From positions 512,001 through 576,000 of the forward strand of contig OY761158.1 in assembly GCA_963664405.1 (NCBI GenBank): a DNA stretch of 64,000 nucleotides. Reading direction: 5' to 3'. This DNA is from Thermoanaerobaculia bacterium. Lineage in GTDB: Bacteria > Acidobacteriota > Thermoanaerobaculia > Multivoradales > Multivoraceae. The position numbers and the translations under genes are program-made. Positions 60,471 through 64,000 of the stretch are shown one piece after another (position 1 is the stretch's first letter; each line of letters opens with the position of its first letter). The notes beneath the pieces are model-generated. The model worked only from the letters and a program-made list of their open reading frames with translations, was not told the DNA's origin and did no database searches.

Positions 60471-61517
60471 TCAGAACGAAGAGGGCGCGATCGTCACCTT
60501 CGCCGGCGCTCCTACTTCTTCTCGCACCAAACGCGGTACTAGGTAACCCGGCAGCCGTCGGGCGAGCTCCCTGTGGAGCGCGACGGCCTCAACCTCGCCA
60601 ACGTGAAAGTGAGCGGCCCCTGCCACTCGATCCAGGAGATGAAGGTAATAAGGCGAAACGCCGGCACCAAACAAGACATCACTCAGCTCACAAAGAGTGT
60701 CGGCAGAGTCGTTGACCCCGCGCAGAAGAACGGATTGATTGAGCACCGGGATCCGGCAGTCCCCGATTGCCCGTAGAGCCCGCGTCACATCTTCGTCGAT
60801 CTCCCGAGGATGATTGCTGTGCACCACGACCACCGACTCCAAACGGGAGTCTTGCAGCAGTCGAAGAAGGCCGACTCCCACTCGTTCGGGAGCAACAACG
60901 GGCCAGCGCGTATGCAGCCGAAGTCGCTCGAGGTGAGGAATCGCAGCCAAGCGCGCCTCGAGCTCCCGCAGCGCCGCATCGGGCAGCGAAAGCGGATCTC
61001 CTCCGCTCAAGATCACTTCTCGAATGCTGCTGTCGCCCTCGATGTAGCTCAGTGCCCGGTCCAGCCGCTGCCCCTGAGCGCGCTGGTCTTCGTAGGGGAA
61101 GTGACGCCGGAAGCAATATCTGCAGTGCACCGGGCACGCTCCGGTAACCACCAGGAGAACGCGGCCGTGGTACTTGTGCAAGAGGCCAGGAACCGGTGAG
61201 CTCGCTTCCTCAGCGAGCGGGTCATCTACGTACCCCTCAATCTCATCGGTCTCCTCTGCAGCCGGGGCAACCTGCCGAAGTAGCGGATCCTCAGGATCCC
61301 CCGCCTTCATTCGCGCCGCGAACGCATGCGGCACTCGTACAGGGAACTGCTTTGCTGCCGCTCTTGCGCCGCCGGCCGTAAAACTCTCAGCCGCTTCCCC
61401 GAGATCGAGCAGCTCGACAAGCTCTTCGGCCGAGCGCACAGAAGCCGCGAAAGCGGTACGCCAATCCTCTTCGCCCCACGAGACCAAAGTCTGGGATGCG
61501 AGCTTCGATTCCACCAT
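60471..61517 (-). CDS. epmB: EF-P beta-lysylation protein EpmB (lysine 2,3-aminomutase)
   Basis: [15 protein letters not shown] radical SAM motif; divergent from efp. Confidence 0.92.
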   Translation of the reverse strand: MVESKLASQTLVSWGEEDWRTAFAASVRSAEELVELLDLGEAAESFTAGGARAAAKQFPVRVPHAFAARMKAGDPEDPLLRQVAPAAEETDEIEGYVDDPLAEEASSPVPGLLHKYHGRVLLVVTGACPVHCRYCFRRHFPYEDQRAQGQRLDRALSYIEGDSSIREVILSGGDPLSLPDAALRELEARLAAIPHLERLRLHTRWPVVAPERVGVGLLRLLQDSRLESVVVVHSNHPREIDEDVTRALRAIGDCRIPVLNQSVLLRGVNDSADTLCELSDVLFGAGVSPYYLHLLDRVAGAAHFHVGEVEAVALHRELARRLPGYLVPRLVREEVGAPAKVTIAPSSF

Positions 61518-61628
61518 CAGGCTCCGATTCTACGCCTCTGTGCTCGGCCCGCGCTCTGCCTGAAGCCGCGCTGCTATCATGCAACGCCGCCAAAGCTGCA
61601 GTACGCCAGAGCCGATCCTGGAGCCAGC

Positions 61629-62198
61629 ATGCCAACCTACAGCACCAACCAGTTCAAAAACGGTCTCAAGATCCTCATCGGCGGCGACCCTTGCTCGATC
61701 GTCGAAACCGAGTTCGTCAAGCCGGGCAAGGGGCAAGCCTTCACCCGCATCAAGTACAAGAATATGAAGAGTGGCCGGGTGGTCGAGCGCACCTTCAAAT
61801 CGGCGGAGACGATCGAAGGCGCCGACGTTGTCGAGACCGACATGCAGTTCCTCTATCGCGACGGCGAGGGCTGGAACTTCATGGATCCGGAGAGCTACGA
61901 GCAGGTCAGCGCGAGCGAGACCGCGGTCGGTGAGACCGCCAATTGGATCAAGGAGGAAGACGTCTGCACGGTAACCCTCTGGAACGGCGCGCCGATGATA
62001 GTCGCGGCGCCAAACTTCGTTTCCCTCGAGATCACCGAAACCGACCCTGGGCTCAAGGGCGACACCTCGAGCGGCGGCCAGAAGCCGGCTACGATGGAGA
62101 CCGGGGCGGTCGTTCGTGTGCCTCTCTTCCTCCAGATCGGCGACCTCATCAAGATCGATACCCGCACCGGTGACTACGTCTCACGGGCCAAAGAGTGA
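61629..62198 (+). CDS. efp: Elongation factor P
   Basis: VKPGKGQAF loop; PGLKGDT; KIDTRTG. Confidence 0.96.
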   Translation: MPTYSTNQFKNGLKILIGGDPCSIVETEFVKPGKGQAFTRIKYKNMKSGRVVERTFKSAETIEGADVVETDMQFLYRDGEGWNFMDPESYEQVSASETAVGETANWIKEEDVCTVTLWNGAPMIVAAPNFVSLEITETDPGLKGDTSSGGQKPATMETGAVVRVPLFLQIGDLIKIDTRTGDYVSRAKE

Positions 62199-63153
62199 CT
62201 GGCGTCCGCTTGCGGACACCCAGACTCTGAGGGCGAGAGCGGAGCTCCTCCGCGAGCTGCGAGCCTTTTTTTCCGCACGCGGGGTCCTCGAGGTCGAGAC
62301 CCCCCAGCTGGTGAGTCACGCGACCACCGACACTCATCTCGCCTCCTTCGCCACCCGATTCAGCGGCCCGGGCGCCCACGATGGGCAGGAGCTGTATCTC
62401 AGTACCTCGCCCGAGCTCGCCATGAAGCGGCTTCTGGCGGCAGGAAGCGGTCCCATCTTTCAGATTTGCCGGGCCTTCCGTAACGGCGAGAAAGGCCGCC
62501 GTCACAACCCCGAGTTCACCATTCTCGAGTGGTACCGCCCCGGCCTCGATCACATCGCCCTGATGGCGGAGATAGAAGAGCTACTCGCCGTCGCTCTGGG
62601 CGTCGACCGCTGCGATCGCATCACCTACCAAGCAGTCTTCGAGGAGGAGCTCGGTGTGTCACCACACCAAACCAGCGTGGCATTGCTTGAAGAAGTAGCC
62701 GCCGATCGCGACCTATCGCTCTCATCGTTCGCCGACGTTGACGAAGGCCTCCAGTTCCTCCTCGCGGAGGTGATTGAGCCGAGCCTCGGAATCGATCGGC
62801 CGATCTTTGTGTACGACTATCCGGTGAGCCAGGCGGCGTTGGCCCGCATCCGCTCCGACACGCCTCCGGTGGCCGAGAGGTTCGAGGTCTACTTCAAGGG
62901 TGTCGAGCTAGCCAACGGCTTTCACGAGCTCGCCGACGCCGAAGAGCAGCGCCGGCGATTCGAAGACGACCGGGCGAGCCGAGAGCGCAGGGGGCTTCCG
63001 ATTCCACAGCTCGACGAAGCCTTCCTCGACGCTCTCGACTTCGGGCTGCCGCAGTGCGCCGGCGTAGCGCTCGGCCTCGATCGTCTCCTCATGCTCCAAA
63101 TCGGCGCAGACACTATTGAAGAAGTCCTAGCCTTTCCCCTCTGCAGGGCCTGA
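62170..63153 (+). CDS. epmA: EF-P lysine aminoacylase EpmA (start approximate)
   Basis: [19 protein letters not shown]...HNPEF, ELANGF and GVALGLDRL motifs. Confidence 0.92.
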   Translation: MTTSHGPKSDWRPLADTQTLRARAELLRELRAFFSARGVLEVETPQLVSHATTDTHLASFATRFSGPGAHDGQELYLSTSPELAMKRLLAAGSGPIFQICRAFRNGEKGRRHNPEFTILEWYRPGLDHIALMAEIEELLAVALGVDRCDRITYQAVFEEELGVSPHQTSVALLEEVAADRDLSLSSFADVDEGLQFLLAEVIEPSLGIDRPIFVYDYPVSQAALARIRSDTPPVAERFEVYFKGVELANGFHELADAEEQRRRFEDDRASRERRGLPIPQLDEAFLDALDFGLPQCAGVALGLDRLLMLQIGADTIEEVLAFPLCRA

Positions 63154-63258
63154 GCCGGGCTTTCCGCTCGGCCGCTTCGGCCCCCTAAACCACTCGCACC
63201 ACGAAGTGATTCCCGAGAACCCCTGGGGCGAACGCGAAGCTCGGCTAAACTCGGCGAC

Positions 63259-64000
63259 GTGACGAAGGCCTCAATCGAGCTCAAGGTCATCAACGAGCTG
63301 TCGGCGATCCCGCAGAAATCATGGGATCGCCTCCGGCCGCCCGATGGCAACCCTTTCCTTTCCTGGAGCTTTCTCGAAGCGCTGGAGCGCTGCGGTTGCG
63401 CCTCCGCGAGCCGGGGCTGGTGGCCTTGCCACCTCACGGCGTGGCAAGAGGGCGAGCTCATCGCCGCCGCTCCCGCTTATGTCAAGGGAGACAGCTCGGG
63501 TGACTTCTCGCGCGATTGGGGGCTGCCCGACTCAGCCGCGAGAGAAGGCGTCTCCTACTATCCGAAACTCGTGATCGGCGTTCCCTTCAGCCCGGTCACC
63601 GGCAGGCGGGTCTTGCTCCGCGAAGGCTACGACCGGCCGGAGGTCACTCGCTGGCTCCTGGCCCTGGCTCGTGAGCTCTGCCAACACTCCAAGCTCTCTA
63701 CGATTCAGGTGCTCTACCATCATCCAGATGAGGTTGACGCCTTTGCCAGCGCCGGCCTCAGTTGTCGTGTCCTGGTGCAGTATCACTGGCGCAACCGTGG
63801 TTACTCGGACTTCGCGGAGTGGCTGACGGCACTACCGGCAAAGAAGCGTACCCAGATACGACGCGAGAGCAAGGAGCCCGGTCGACAGGGAATCTCGATT
63901 CGTACTATCCGCGATGACGAGATGAGCGCCGAATCCGAAAACTGGGCCGACATCGCCTGGAGCCTCTACCAAGCGAACTCCCGCAAGCACTACTGGGGAG
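63259..64000 (+). CDS. GNAT/FemAB-like protein (DUF482 type), 3'-partial
   Basis: Hand-translated: NPFLSWSFLEALE...GWWPCHL...YYPKLVIGVPFSPVTG; open to the window end. Confidence 0.8.
   Translation, partial: MTKASIELKVINELSAIPQKSWDRLRPPDGNPFLSWSFLEALERCGCASASRGWWPCHLTAWQEGELIAAAPAYVKGDSSGDFSRDWGLPDSAAREGVSYYPKLVIGVPFSPVTGRRVLLREGYDRPEVTRWLLALARELCQHSKLSTIQVLYHHPDEVDAFASAGLSCRVLVQYHWRNRGYSDFAEWLTALPAKKRTQIRRESKEPGRQGISIRTIRDDEMSAESENWADIAWSLYQANSRKHYWG

Noticed and set aside
60471-61517. Radical SAM enzyme as a maturase for the peptides
   Set aside because: It is EpmB in a standard epmB-efp-epmA cluster, 20 kb from the array
988-63786. Many long antisense or alternate-frame ORFs in the track (for example 15186-16310, 45762-46940, 59212-60366)
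   Set aside because: Shadow ORFs expected in high-GC DNA opposite well-supported genes

Overview
GC-rich bacterial window; a Gram-negative, Acidobacteriota/Myxococcota-like origin is my inference. The flanks hold metabolic and housekeeping genes: ABC permease, TPP enzyme, SDRs, P450 plus ferredoxin, parE/parC-type topoisomerase, rsgA, xth, selD fusion, lepA, msrP and epmB-efp-epmA. The main result is an accessory locus at about 32.4-53.5 kb. An array of nine tiny genes (39193-40179), all missed by the ORF track, encodes peptides with 9-10 aa leaders ending in Gly; every peptide ends in Gly + 8 residues closing with I-[L/M]-E-stop, and five are near-identical tandem copies. Around the array lie a C39-peptidase ABC exporter, a second ABC subunit, a HlyD adaptor, two TPR-CHAT (caspase-like) proteins (one with the catalytic His, one without), an HD-GYP protein and an anti-sigma-like/ECF sigma pair. 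This looks like an undescribed peptide export/signalling system; the function is inferred. The exporter operon is split by an IS21-family element (5-bp TSD) that carries an ISAzo13 element inside its terminal repeat. The window also has a four-gene DDE/ExeA-ATPase transposon with exact ends, and two copies of a ~160-170 bp MITE, one inserted in frame into a signal peptide.
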